Source: Asterias rubens (Eukaryota). Taken from it: a stretch of 64,000 nucleotides of DNA. Of this stretch, positions 47,750 to 59,683 are shown one piece after another. The stretch's first letter is position 1; each line of letters begins with the position of its first letter. The stretch covers positions 14,756,001 to 14,820,000 of the forward strand of contig NC_047073.1 of assembly GCF_902459465.1 (NCBI RefSeq), given 5' to 3'. Under the pieces are notes generated by a model. That model did no database searches and was not told where the DNA came from. It worked only from the letters and a program-made list of their open reading frames with translations. The position numbers were made by a program, and so were the translations under genes.

Positions 47750-48360
47750 GTTGCGCCAACTCGCTGCACCCTTCCAATATGGTTTCACTTCCACCCCTTC
47801 CAGCCGGCCCACCTTCATAGTTGCATACGATTGCATGCACCCGTCCACATACAGTTGCACCCCTTCCACCCCGATTGCACCCCTTCCACCTGGTATAAAC
47901 GGTGGCACCCTTCCAGCCTAAGGGTAACACCCCTCCCCATGGTTGCACCCACCCCAGGTGCACCCCTTTCACTCCCGTTGCACCCTTCCACACCCATGGT
48001 ACCCTTCATGTCCCCTGTTGCACCCCACCTCGGCTGCACAATCCCCCGTTGAACCCCTTCCATCACACCCATGGTTACACCCTTCCACCCAAGCTGCACC
48101 CGTCCGACTCAACAGTTGCACCTTTCCTCCCCATGCCCCCCCCCCCCCGTGGTTGATGCAACCTTCCACCTCAACCAGTTGCATCCCCCCCCCCACAATA
48201 GTTGCATGCACTCTTTCACCACAGTTGCCACCCCCCCCCCCCCCCCCCCGTGGTTGCACCTTTCTCTACCCATGGTTGCACCCTAGCTCTACGGTTGCAC
48301 CCTTTCACCTCCATGGTTCGTAGAGAAAAGCTACAACAGGCGACCATCCACCTCCGTTGT
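47750..48360. repeat. Degenerate GC-rich minisatellite built on GGTTGCACCCTTCCAC
   Basis: More than 20 variants of the TGCACCC core. Confidence 0.85.
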
Positions 48361-51199
48361 TGCACCATCAACTTCTCAAGAGCGTGTGTACCTCTTGCAA
48401 AATCGTTGCAAAGCACATGCACTGTCCGAGCCCATCCACATGGTAGGCTCGTGTCTAGTACATGGACTTAGATAAACACCTGGTGCTTATTCTTTATACA
48501 TCATCACCCCCGGGGGATTTTACTTACACCGCCGTTTGACTTTGAAGGACAATAAGGAAAGGAAAACACACATAACCCATCAAGTGGACCGAAAACAACT
48601 GCAAGATTTATGCAATGTTTCATGGCTTGCAGGCCCTGCATTTTTATTTTTTTCCAGACGCGTGCAGGATTTGTTTTTTTCAAAATCTCTGATATTGTAT
48701 TCCTTGCTCTGAAGTTGGTTTGAGATTTTTGTTACCAGACAGGGACAGAGTCCTCCCCGACCACCTTTGTTAATATTCAGGCCTATATCTTAACCAGACT
48801 ATGGCCCTCAGCCCATCCCATCCCGCCCCACCCATTGAAACCCTTGCACCCCTTTACCCTTGCTTATTCCTAAATATCGCACCAACACCCACAATGAATC
48901 GTCTTTTGCTTTGTATGCCATCTGTACTTTATTCTCCGGTATTTTGTGTTTGTTGTCATTACAATGAATAATTATTTTAAATCTTTGAATCCTCGAGATC
49001 AATTGAAACAAATTACCAAGGTTTGGCTTTCTAGTATAGGTCCTTGACTGTGAGCAATGGTTTTCCGAATTAATTCGGCTGTGTACATCTGTGGTGTGCA
49101 TGACCTGTTGAAACAAACTACTGTTAAAAAAACAAAAAACAAAAACATGCCTATTTCACATTGTTTTTCAAGTTTTCACTACAAATCAATTTCATTCCCC
49201 CTGTCCACGCTGGGGGTGGGATTGACAATAGATTCAGCGATATTGCGCAATGTCTTTCACAATGTGTGAATGGAAAAAAGGAGACCGCGAGTTCTTTTAA
49301 TTCCTAAAAAATATTCTACCTCGCTTGATGCATGATCGAGTTTCGGCAAGTTCGATCCCGAACCCCGGCAAATTGTCTGTCATACAATTTATTTTCAATT
49401 AGCCCCTATTAGCTCCTGTTTGGACACCTACCGCCAATTAAAACCAGTCCAACAATGTTGATACTATTGCGCCAATGGGAATAAACAGCTCAATTTGAGT
49501 GTCAATGCCACTTTTAATGACAGTATTTAAAGGCACCAACCTTTTAATTTTGTAACCGTTTGATTATTTTAATCCTACAATAAATGGAGGTTGCGTTTTT
49601 GAGATATCGCCAGAAATCCCGAATGATGCCCACACAGGATAGGAACACACAATCTGAGAAGCGTTACTGCAGTAGCGCTTCTCGGATTCAAATGTTGGGC
49701 ATAAAACAGACGTAAATACGTTAACAAGCTAAGTTAGTGTTCGTCTCCTGAGACGAAAATTCATCGAGACATAGTTTTACTCATTTCCCCAAAACTATTG
49801 CACCTCAGCAAGCAATAATTGAAGCTTTCTACCATCATAATCTTCAAACAATGTGTAAGTTTAATGTAAATCTGTGAACATGCATTGTGTTTAGTGTCCT
49901 TCAAAAATTAACAAACCCTTAGCGAAGTAATATCACTATCAGTAAAATTAGTTGGTGGAATTATAGAGCAAGATAAATCATACCACCCATCCGCCCCCAG
50001 CGCACCCACACGGATCTTCTGAGGTCACTGTTCCATTTAGGCCGTTTATCCAAACACCTATCAGCGTCTCAGAATTCACACGAAGAAATTGTTTCCTAAA
50101 AGTGGGTGATCAAAGTTATTTCTATCTTCAGCTACTCTTTAACCCTAGATACAGTACTGACCAATCACCAGCCGGCACAGCTATCGGATGCCCCGCCCAC
50201 TTTATGACGTCAGAGTATCGTACGATCGGTTGTGCTTTTTTTCAAAGCCCGGATTTTCTGGAACAATTGTCCCCCACAGGACCCAGTGATTTGAATGGAG
50301 GAACAATTGCAGAGCTAAGAGGAAGGGGAAGCAATTACCAAAGACTTCGTCATAAGGGTTGGAAGTTTCGCAATCCTCTTTCTTTTGACTGTAGTTGAAA
50401 CGTATTTGAATCAAATTTAATTGGCGTGTATTGAGTGTGTAGTTCCAATAGCATAACCACCAAACGAATTTCTTTTTCCTCCATGCTGAGTTGCAACATG
50501 TTGTCTTGTAGAAGATGGGTTACGAAATGTGTTAAGGGGGGGGGGGGGGGGGACCACACGGTTCAGTTTCATCAAAGCCTGTAAGCACAGCACAGGAAAG
50601 TATTTATTGCTGACCAGAATCAGGTTACCAGCCTAAACTTATGAGTTCCAGTGTTGCTGCTGCTGGCGCCCGACTCAATTTTTGCTTAGCTTTGTTATTT
50701 TCTGCTTACCAGCTTTACGATGAGCCCAGGGTCAAATTCCATTAAGTCTGTAAGCACAAGAACTTCTATACAGAGAGTGTTTCTTAAACAGAAACGGGTT
50801 ATCATCAATTTTCATTATGTCTTTTATGACTGCTTGTGCCCCACAATATTGCTTAGCAAAGAAAGTTGTCAAGCAGTATTTTTTGCTTAACAGCTTTCTG
50901 AAATTGGGCCCATGGGTCCAATTTCAGAAAGCGTCTAAGCATAAGAACTTGCTTTGCACTGGAAAATATTGCTTGACAGAAATGGGTTACCAGCAAATGT
51001 CATTCGTTTACCCTTTTTAACTAATGCCCCACTCAATGAATATTGCTTAGCAAAGAAAGTCGTCAACAGCTTTGAAATTGGTATGAATGGTGTGGTCCCA
51101 TTCATTGTCTGCTTAGTAAAGAAAGTTGTCAATTATTTTCTGCTCAAACGGGCCCTGTGGCCCACAGAGATAAAAGCAGCACAATGACCGACAGTGGAA

Positions 51200-51610
51200 T
51201 GGAGCTTTGCCAACAGTAGAGGCCACAAGGGGGATTCCCGGGAACAAAGAAAAGAAAAAGGGTCCCCTGGACATTCCTGAGGATTGCCCTTTTTTTCTTG
51301 TGACGTCAGATCGCCTGAGATCGGGTGATCAGCTGATCTCCGAGGGAGGCCAATGCGGAGTAACGAAAGGCCGGGTGACTGCCTATATAAACCGGGGAGG
51401 GATTCCCTGCTGTGAACCACTCGACCGCAAACTCCAGGGCACCTCACAGCTGACCGTGCCACTAGCTCTGCAACACGCCGGCCAGTCCTACCTCCCTGCA
51501 CCCCTGAAGAAGTATTCCGTACACACTGAGAAGAAGACCACGGGAAACTTCATTCTCCAACAAGAGTATATTCTGATTCTGCAAAATAAAGTTCAGGTTA
51601 GTTGTAAAAC
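51200..51610 (+). promoter_or_regulatory. Promoter-dense island resembling a solo LTR
   Basis: kappaB GGGGATTCCC 51230-51239, CRE 51301-51308, CCAAT 51350-51354, TATATAAA 51384-51391, GGGATTCCC 51399-51407, AATAAA 51585-51590. No TSD was identified. Confidence 0.45.
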
Positions 51611-52571
51611 ACTGGTCTGCAGTGCAAGTTTAACAGTCGATTTGGGGGGTTCAGTATCTTCGAGTGGTTTGGATTGCACAACAGGTGTCAAAATCTTCTG
51701 GTTATGTTGCAATATTTGACGCCCATGTGGTTTTTGGCTAAAATGGCTTTCTTGTTTTCCCTCACACTTTAGCCATGCTTTAGCGTAACCCCACTGCGAC
51801 CAGGAAAGTAAAACGTGTATAACTCTTGAAAGTTGCTCTAAAAATGTATGTTTCATTTTGTTTGTATGTTATGCTATTATGCTTTTGGAGAAATTCCAAT
51901 TGTAAAACAAACTGATGATATGCAGGTAAATCTGTTTGTCCTTCAGTTATGCCTTCTTATAAAGCCTGCAAGAGCAGAACACTCTAGCAAAGTTACCAGT
52001 CAAAATATTAAGGTGCAGCCGCGTACCCCGGTCATTTCATTTTTAGCAAAGACAATTATACATGTATTAAGTAGATTTTTCTTCAGGAAAATTGGGCTCT
52101 GATGTGTTCTGTCTGGTATTCTGGGCAATTCAGATAATGCATATTCATATTCGTTTTGTATAGCACCCCTTACACACATTCTGATTGTAGGGCACGCGAT
52201 AAGTGTTATTTTAAAGACACTGGACACTATTGGTAATTGACCAAACGACCAGTCTTCTCTCTTGGTGTATCTCAAGATATTTACAAAAAAACAAACCTGT
52301 GAAAAATTCGAGCTCAATTGGTCGTCGAAATTGCGAGATAATAGTAAAAGAAAACACACCCTTGTCACACGACGTTGCGTGCTTTAGATGCTTGAAATCG
52401 AGGTCTCAAAATCAAATTTGTGGAAAATTACTTCTTTCTCGATTACTACGTCACTTCCCATTCTCGATATCAAGTAAGGTTTTATGCTAAATATTAATTT
52501 CGAGAAATTACCAATAACAAGAAGGCCACGAAAACGCGACGCACTATAAACGCAGCAAACAAGGTACTGTA

Positions 52572-52747
52572 TCCGTAGCAATCGATGTACTATCCCATAG
52601 CAACCGATGTACTACTCCATAGCAACCGATGTACTATCCCATAGCAACCTATGTACTATTCCATAGCAACTGATGTACTATTCCATAGCAAGCGATGAAC
52701 TATTCCATAGCAACCGATGAACTATTCCATGGCAACCAATGTGCATG
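52572..52747. repeat. 22-bp minisatellite x8 (TCCATAGCAACCGATGTACTAT)
   Basis: Eight units counted directly. Confidence 0.95.
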
Positions 52748-53111
52748 ATAACCATTGCAACGTCAGCTCCTTGATATAGGCCATTAATGTATGGGGTGTG
52801 TTTAAAACAAAATGACTGTTTTGGATAAAAACTATGACTCCCTCGGTGAACCGGAGGATTTTTTTCTGCACCACGAATTTGTTTATTTATTTATTTTTAA
52901 AAATCTTGCTACTGTCGTAGTACTTTTCGAATGGGAATTTTTGTTTTCTTAATAGATTCAAAAAGGGGAATCCTCAAAAAAAGTCAGGAAAATTTGTATA
53001 TCATGGTTTGTATAAGCAGTGATGGTGAAAAGGTTAACCCCAGTAAAGTTGCACATGTTTATTTCTATGTTTTGATATATTTTTTAGAACTGCTAAACCA
53101 TCGAAGCAATC

Positions 53112-54817
53112 ATGTCCGGCATCGTACTCACATTGACTCTTCTAGTCTGCATCCTGGTCATCACTGAGGCGTGCTCACCATCATCTACAGGCAGTGGAGG
53201 CGGGAACCACACACCGTCTCCAGCGAATGATGGCAACGTCTACAACCCGGGAAAGGGACCGATTCCCCCGCACCCATTCAGGTAAGAAACGCAGTCCCCC
53301 AAAAACCTACAATATTTTGTTTACTTTTTATTTGGGGTTGAACTGAAAAACAATTCAAGATAGAGCATGATTTGAACTACCAACAACCTCCAAATTAACG
53401 TGCCGGTGTCGCATGCAATTACGTCCTCTATGCAATACTATCCGGAGGCAGTATTGCACGTGCAATAATGTACGCCGGACGGTTTTGCATATGCAATCGT
53501 GTCCGCCCGGACGCTGCTGCATAATGCAATTGTGCAACATTCGCATATGCAGTTATGTCCGCCCCCGTGCAAAACCGTCCTTGCAGTAAATTAAACGCCC
53601 TTGGTCGACGGAACACGTTTGCCATTTTTTCACAAGCTAAGTGCATGTCATGAATGACATGGGAAATGTTGGGTATTCGCTGCAATCATAAAATACGTGA
53701 ATATTCATGCTGCATATGCTCTTAATGTTTGTCTTCTACGTTGGCGGGGAACTTTTTAATATAATTATAATTGGCCCTATTGAAAAGTTATTTCAATTTT
53801 GAATGGATTGTTCTAATTTGCAGAAGACGTAGAGATGACAACGAAGATGTCTCCCTCGACAAGAAACTACAAGCCATGAATAAGATGATGAGCGAACTAT
53901 TTGACGAGCTGGACGCGGATGATGACACTAAAGTGAGCAAGGAGGAGTGGGTGAGGCGGAAGGGCAACGCGGAGGACTATGTGCAGATTGTGGCCACATT
54001 CGACAAAAATGGTACGTTGGGTCATGAATGTTGAAAATATTGTCTAAAACTCCGTCCATGGTTGGGTGGGTGTCTCTTTTTTATACAGGTTTGGCAGAAC
54101 TGACAAATAAATCGCAGAAACAGTTACTGGAACAACAAAAACGTTGAAATTTGGGGTTCATCCACTGTGCGAATCTGGAGAAAAATAATAGTGAATAAAC
54201 TATGAACAATTTTCAGCATGTAAAATACTATTTCAGTATATTTGGTTGTAACAACCGAAATCACCTAGTCGTGTGGTTTTTGGGTTTTTTTTTTTGAGGG
54301 GGGGGGGGGGGGGGAGTAGTTTATTTGTTTATTTATTTTATTGTATTCATTCATTTATTTATTTTTTGGGGGTGGGGGGTCACGAGTATATGACTTCATT
54401 TTAGAGATAAATATTTCACACACACAAAATTGTTCAATGAATTTCAAGCTTTCGGACTAAATATTGAACAATGAAGTTTAAATTCTTAATACGTTTCAAC
54501 GGACTAGTACTGGTTTTCACAAAGAGCTTAATTTGACCTTAAGATATGTGTTAATCTTTGTGCAACGTCACCAAACAAATCAGTATGACGATTTACAATT
54601 CATCTTAAGATAATTTTTAGTGCTTGGTAAAAATTTTTCTTTTTAGGCCAACACACCAATCCAACCCCTTGCGCGGTTAATTTTGTTCTTTGTAAAAATC
54701 AAGCCCAACTGAGATCTAAAATCGTTAACTTATTGCCATGAATAATATGATTTTATTTTTGTTGCAGGAGATGGCTTGTTATCGCGTGATGAATTTCTGG
54801 CAGCATCAAAATCGTGA
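53112..54817 (+). CDS. Small secreted precursor with two EF-hands, 135 aa
   Basis: Exons 53112-53281, 53824-54011 and 54768-54817 (408 nt, GT-AG). MSGIVLTLTLLVCILVITEA signal, then CSPSSTGSGGGNHTPSPANDGNVYNPGKGPIPPHPF, RRRR, and EF loops DADDDTKVSKEE and DKNGDGLLSRDE. Confidence 0.87.
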
Positions 54818-57800
54818 GACGTCATCACATAACAATGGGTAAGTTTCAACATTAAGGTACAAGCGTGACTCTTGATTTTGATTTACCCACTTTCTGAAGT
54901 TATGCCATTTTAAAACAAGTTGTCTTCTTCTTTCTTTGAAGGGGGGGGGGGGGTTGTTTATCGTCGTGAAGCTAAACCACAACCACATTAAGTTCTCAAA
55001 AAATGCATCCATTTGGAGCATTATTTTGGTCTTTACTTTGTCTCTGCATTAAAAGTTATTTTTGTGCATTTTTAGGTAACCAAACACACCACCATCCCTG
55101 ACCCCTAACCCCCCCCCCAAAAAAAAAAAAAAAAAGAAGAAGAGAAAAAAGAAAAAGAAAAAAAACCCACAAATCAACAACAAAGACAACATAATATTTA
55201 TCCAAATGTTTTGTTTTCCTCCAGGTATATTTTTTTCAGAGAGGTCAATCACAGGTTTGATCGTCCCCTGAACACACATGGCCCGACTTCTGTTTCCTGG
55301 TTGATTCTTCAAAGCTAGATTTTGTCTTGCTTCAGGAGCTAATGGTACTTCGCAGTGGAAAGTATTAAGAGGTGGATTATGGTTTGACGAGTGGATGGAA
55401 GGCTTTCAAATTCATAGTGGGTCATAAAAGAGTTGTCGATTACTCGCATTATTGTTCTCAAAATCACGTTGACATCGTACCCATACGTTGTTTTTGTATT
55501 TCAATAAATGTCTTATTTGTCATGAGCATTTTCGATTCGCCAGGATCTACACTATTTTATTTTAGGCCTAAAATAGTTTCTAATTAAAATTAAATACTTT
55601 CTTTTGTATAGAGAAATATATTTTGTATTATTATTTTAAAACTAAGCAAAAGTACCCTCTACAATTTCATTATATAAAAACAAATATTTGTTTTTTAATA
55701 AAATTGAATTAATAATTGAGTGAAATTTGCGGCATTTATTCAACAAGGAGCAGATTTAAAATTATACCATGGCTCAATTGCATGGAGCTGCTAACTTGCT
55801 CAACCATTTTCTGACAAGCAAAACTGTTCGAGAAAAATAAATCACAGATGGCCTTCATTTGGCTGGTAACCTTATTATAATAAGAACCTCTTTATCAGTC
55901 CGCCATAAGCCTGTAAGCATAAGCACAGAAAGTATTGCTTAACAGAAACAGGTTACCAGCCAAAATAACATTAAGTTTGCATTGTTGTGGCTGGTGCCCC
56001 ACTCAATTTTTGCTTAGCAAATAAATTTGTCAATGTTTATTCTCTGCTTATCAGCTTCATGAAATTGGGTCCGTCCAACCGTAAGGGTCTATCTATCGCA
56101 ACGTCACAGCCCAAGTTTTTACAAGCCGAGGTCACGGAAAACTAATGGAAAGCCATAAACGCAAAACAAAAACAGATGGTCACAGTTTGTAAAATAATTT
56201 CACAAATAAATAATAGTGTTGAGTTTGTTTGAAACCAAGCAACCAATCATTGGAATTAATGTTTTATTTAATTTGCAAAATATTTTGAATTAATTTGGTC
56301 AGAACATCTGGTAGGCCTACATGAATGAATGTTTTTATAGCAATCGGCCGACCGTACACAACGGGCCCCAGTTTCATGGAGTTGCTTCATCGCCGACTTT
56401 ACTTCGCAATTTTCATTTTTCATAGCGCTGCTAGCCAGCCTTAAGCACACTAAGTCTAGCTAAAACTAAGTTGATATTATGTTTGTGCACTTTAGATTAA
56501 TAGCTATAAAATAAGCACTGCTATGAGCCCCCCATGCTCTGAAAACCGTGAAGCTCCCATGTTTAAAACGATGTTGAGTGATATTTTAATAAATTATTTT
56601 GATACGTATTTTCAACTGTCTGTTCATTTTATTTTCCCTGTCAAGTGTGTTGGTTCGCAACCAGTAGGCCTCACTTGGAAAGTTTACCTTTGCCTTGAGC
56701 ACGGCGGAGAAGTGTTATGTTTGAGAGCAAACGGCTGGATACGGCTGTTTTTTCTGCAAGATCTTCATTTTCTGGTCAAGCTTGGATGAAACCCGCATTA
56801 ATGCGGGAACACTATAAAAACAGTGTTTAAAGGCAGTGGACACTATTGGTAATTACTCAAAATAATGATTAGCAACCTCATTTGGTAACGAGTAATGGGG
56901 AGAGGTTGATAATATAATACACTGTCAGAAAGGCGCCCTTTGAAGTAACGTAATGTTTTTCGAGAAAGAAGTAATTTTCCACAAATTTGATTTAGAATTT
57001 AAGGTCTCGAAATCAAGCTTCTGAAAGCACACAACTTCGTGTAACAAGGGTGTTTTTCTTTCATTATTATCTCACAACTTCGACGACCAAATTGAGCTCA
57101 AACTTTCACAGGTTTTTTTATTTTATGCATATATTGAGATACACAAAGCGAGAAGACCGGTCTCCTTCTGGTTATGTCTACATAGGGACGTTTCCCAAAA
57201 TTCTCATTATACAACTTGGGGGTATACAAAATTTTATGTCTATGTTAAAGTGAAATTATTTTCAAATCAGAAGCTGCTGAAGGCAAATTTTTATTGCCAT
57301 TATTTTAAAGCCATTATACACTTTCGGTAAACAGTATTAATCAAGTCCCACACTTCGTGTATCACAACTTATATATAAAATAACAAACCTGTGAAAATGT
57401 AGGCTCAATCGGTCATCGGAGTCGGGAGAAAATAACGGGAAAACCCACTCTTGTTTCTGCACGTTTTGCCGTGTCATGACATGTTTAAAATAAATCCGTA
57501 ATTCTCGAAATCGAGATGATAATTCCTGCCTCTAGCCATTGGGCAATCTCGATGATCTAGTTGGTATTTAAGACACTGCTATTGTTTTAATGTTTTCTCA
57601 AAAAGTAAAGCATTTCATGAAAAAAATATTTCAAGAGAAGTCTTTCACCATTACCTTCTGTGAACCCTGTAAGTTATTTGTAAATCTGTGAACTTTTAAA
57701 AAATTAATTGTCTGTTCCGAAAGTGTCCAATAGCTTCAAATCATAGGTTTCTGCGCCCGATCAGAAGGGCTAAATTAATAGCAAAAACTTGTTGAGCTGT

Positions 57801-58265
57801 AATGTTTTTAGTGTTCCAAAAGTACCTCTAGAGGGCGGTATACTAAAGTTGAGTCTTTTCGAGTCAACAATCTCAAAAAAGACCCTCTACAAAATAATTA
57901 TGTCACTGCAAATTTCTTTTGTTTGTCGTCTTTCCATCAATGCAAACCTTCAAGTCTATCAACAAGAATGGAGCAAACCAGCAAGCCATGCATCCAGTGG
58001 TATCCACAGACAATATATAAAGCAAAAAAACAACAACCCAATAACCTATAAATTAGCCCAATGTGGACGTGCTTATCTGAAAATCTGAAAAAGGGCCACA
58101 CGACCCGGCCCATATCAATCAATCAGCCCAGAGGTGCTGGGGTGTGGCGGAGGGAACCCCCTAATTTAAATAACAATGATATCTGTAGTCACTGTTGTGA
58201 TGGCCCTGAAACAGGAAGTAGAGCGGTGGGAAACTAAAGTTCGGAATTTCTGAAGTGGAACGATC

Positions 58266-58385
58266 ATGGCGGCCAAAGTACGGAAATCACGTTCGTCATT
58301 TGAGTTGGTCTGTGCTTTTTTCGTCTTGATAGCAACGGCCAGATTTCAGCATCGATTGACAGCATGTGTGTGCCAGTGCTGTTAA
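58266..58385 (+). other. Candidate 39-aa uORF in a putative non-coding first exon (donor at 58479) of the cytokine receptor gene
   Basis: ATCATGGCG start context; MAAKVRKSRSSFELVCAFFVLIATARFQHRLTACVCQCC*; downstream GAAG|GTACGT donor. Confidence 0.3.
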
Positions 58386-59683
58386 GGAGTTTGTTAGTTT
58401 AATCAGAGGTAACTTTATTGCTTTTCGTCAACTTCATATATTATTATTTCGGAAACTTGGATTTGTTTAATATGGAAGGTACGTACGCCCCATCACTTCA
58501 GTGTCGGTTGCTGTTTTATGTTCGGTCTTGGGTTGTTTTTATTGGAACAATCTAAATGAATATCCATACGTGACATGTGCTCAGAAAACGGTATCAATTG
58601 GCAGTATGTTTCTCTTGATAGTGTTGATGATCGTGCGGGGCTTTTTAAACTGTAATCATGACGTTAGTGGTCATCATAATTCTACCTCCATGTGGTCATC
58701 AATACAGGACTTGCACCAAATCGAGTTGTCTGGCTCTATTATTATCTATCAAGGTCAAACCTCTGAAGTTCATAAACATCGGTTCAAATTTGTCTTGGAA
58801 AAATGCCTGTTCTGCCAAACGAGTAATTGACTCAAATGAGATATTCCATTCCTTTTGGTAAAAATGAGTGGTAAAAATGAGTGGAAATGTGGTGGTAGCC
58901 GATACTAAAGGAGGAACTTGAAGTTCATTTAACACAATAAAAGCCCTCAAAAAAGTATGATGATGGCCTGAAAAGTGGGGGTGTGATCCAACATTTTTTT
59001 CTGATAAAGATGGAAACATTTATAAAGTCTTAAAGATAAAGATGGTTTGCCCCTCTATTTTAATTAATTTACATATTTAAAACTTGAATTTCACTTAAAC
59101 TTGAATTTCACTGAAAGGGACAGGATTGGAAACTAAAAACCTCAATGTATAATTTTAGTCTAAAGGCCTACTGATTATGAATTTCCCTCAAAAACCGTTT
59201 TCTCTTTCTGTGAAAAATTTCCCCACAAAATGTGTAACATATTCGAGAAAATTGATCCGTCCCAAGTTTGGTGAAACGGTGTGCTAAAATGTGTTTCCAA
59301 TAAACAACTCAACTTAAAACTCCTTCTATCAATTTCATTCTTTTGCATCTCTTTTTATTTCTACTTTCACAACTGTTGAACTAAAAAACAGTATTTTAAG
59401 CAACCTGGTGTTTTAAACGTTTTTTTTAAACATTATTAGACAATGATCTTTGCAAAAGTAAAAAAATTTTTTTTTTAAGTTAACCTGCGTCAACAAACGA
59501 ATCATTTTGCTTCATCACATCACAATGACAAGCATCAAATTTTGTTTCCCCCAGCCACTGACGTTCCTCAGCTCATCAGGGTTTGTATTTCTGTGTAGAA
59601 ACCCAATGCTTCAAGTGACTCTTACTGTATGGACTCGGCCTAGAATCCGCTTCACTTTCCTAGACCAGCAAGACAAATGCACG

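Noticed and set aside
47706-48471. Cluster of Pro/His/Gly-rich ORFs up to 126 aa
   Set aside because: They are translations of the minisatellite.
51207-51719. 170-aa ORF
   Set aside because: It has a non-ATG start and no domain, and overlaps promoter-like motifs; likely chance in GC-richer DNA.
52572-52747. CRISPR-like regular repeat
   Set aside because: The units are head-to-tail without unique spacers, in a eukaryotic context.
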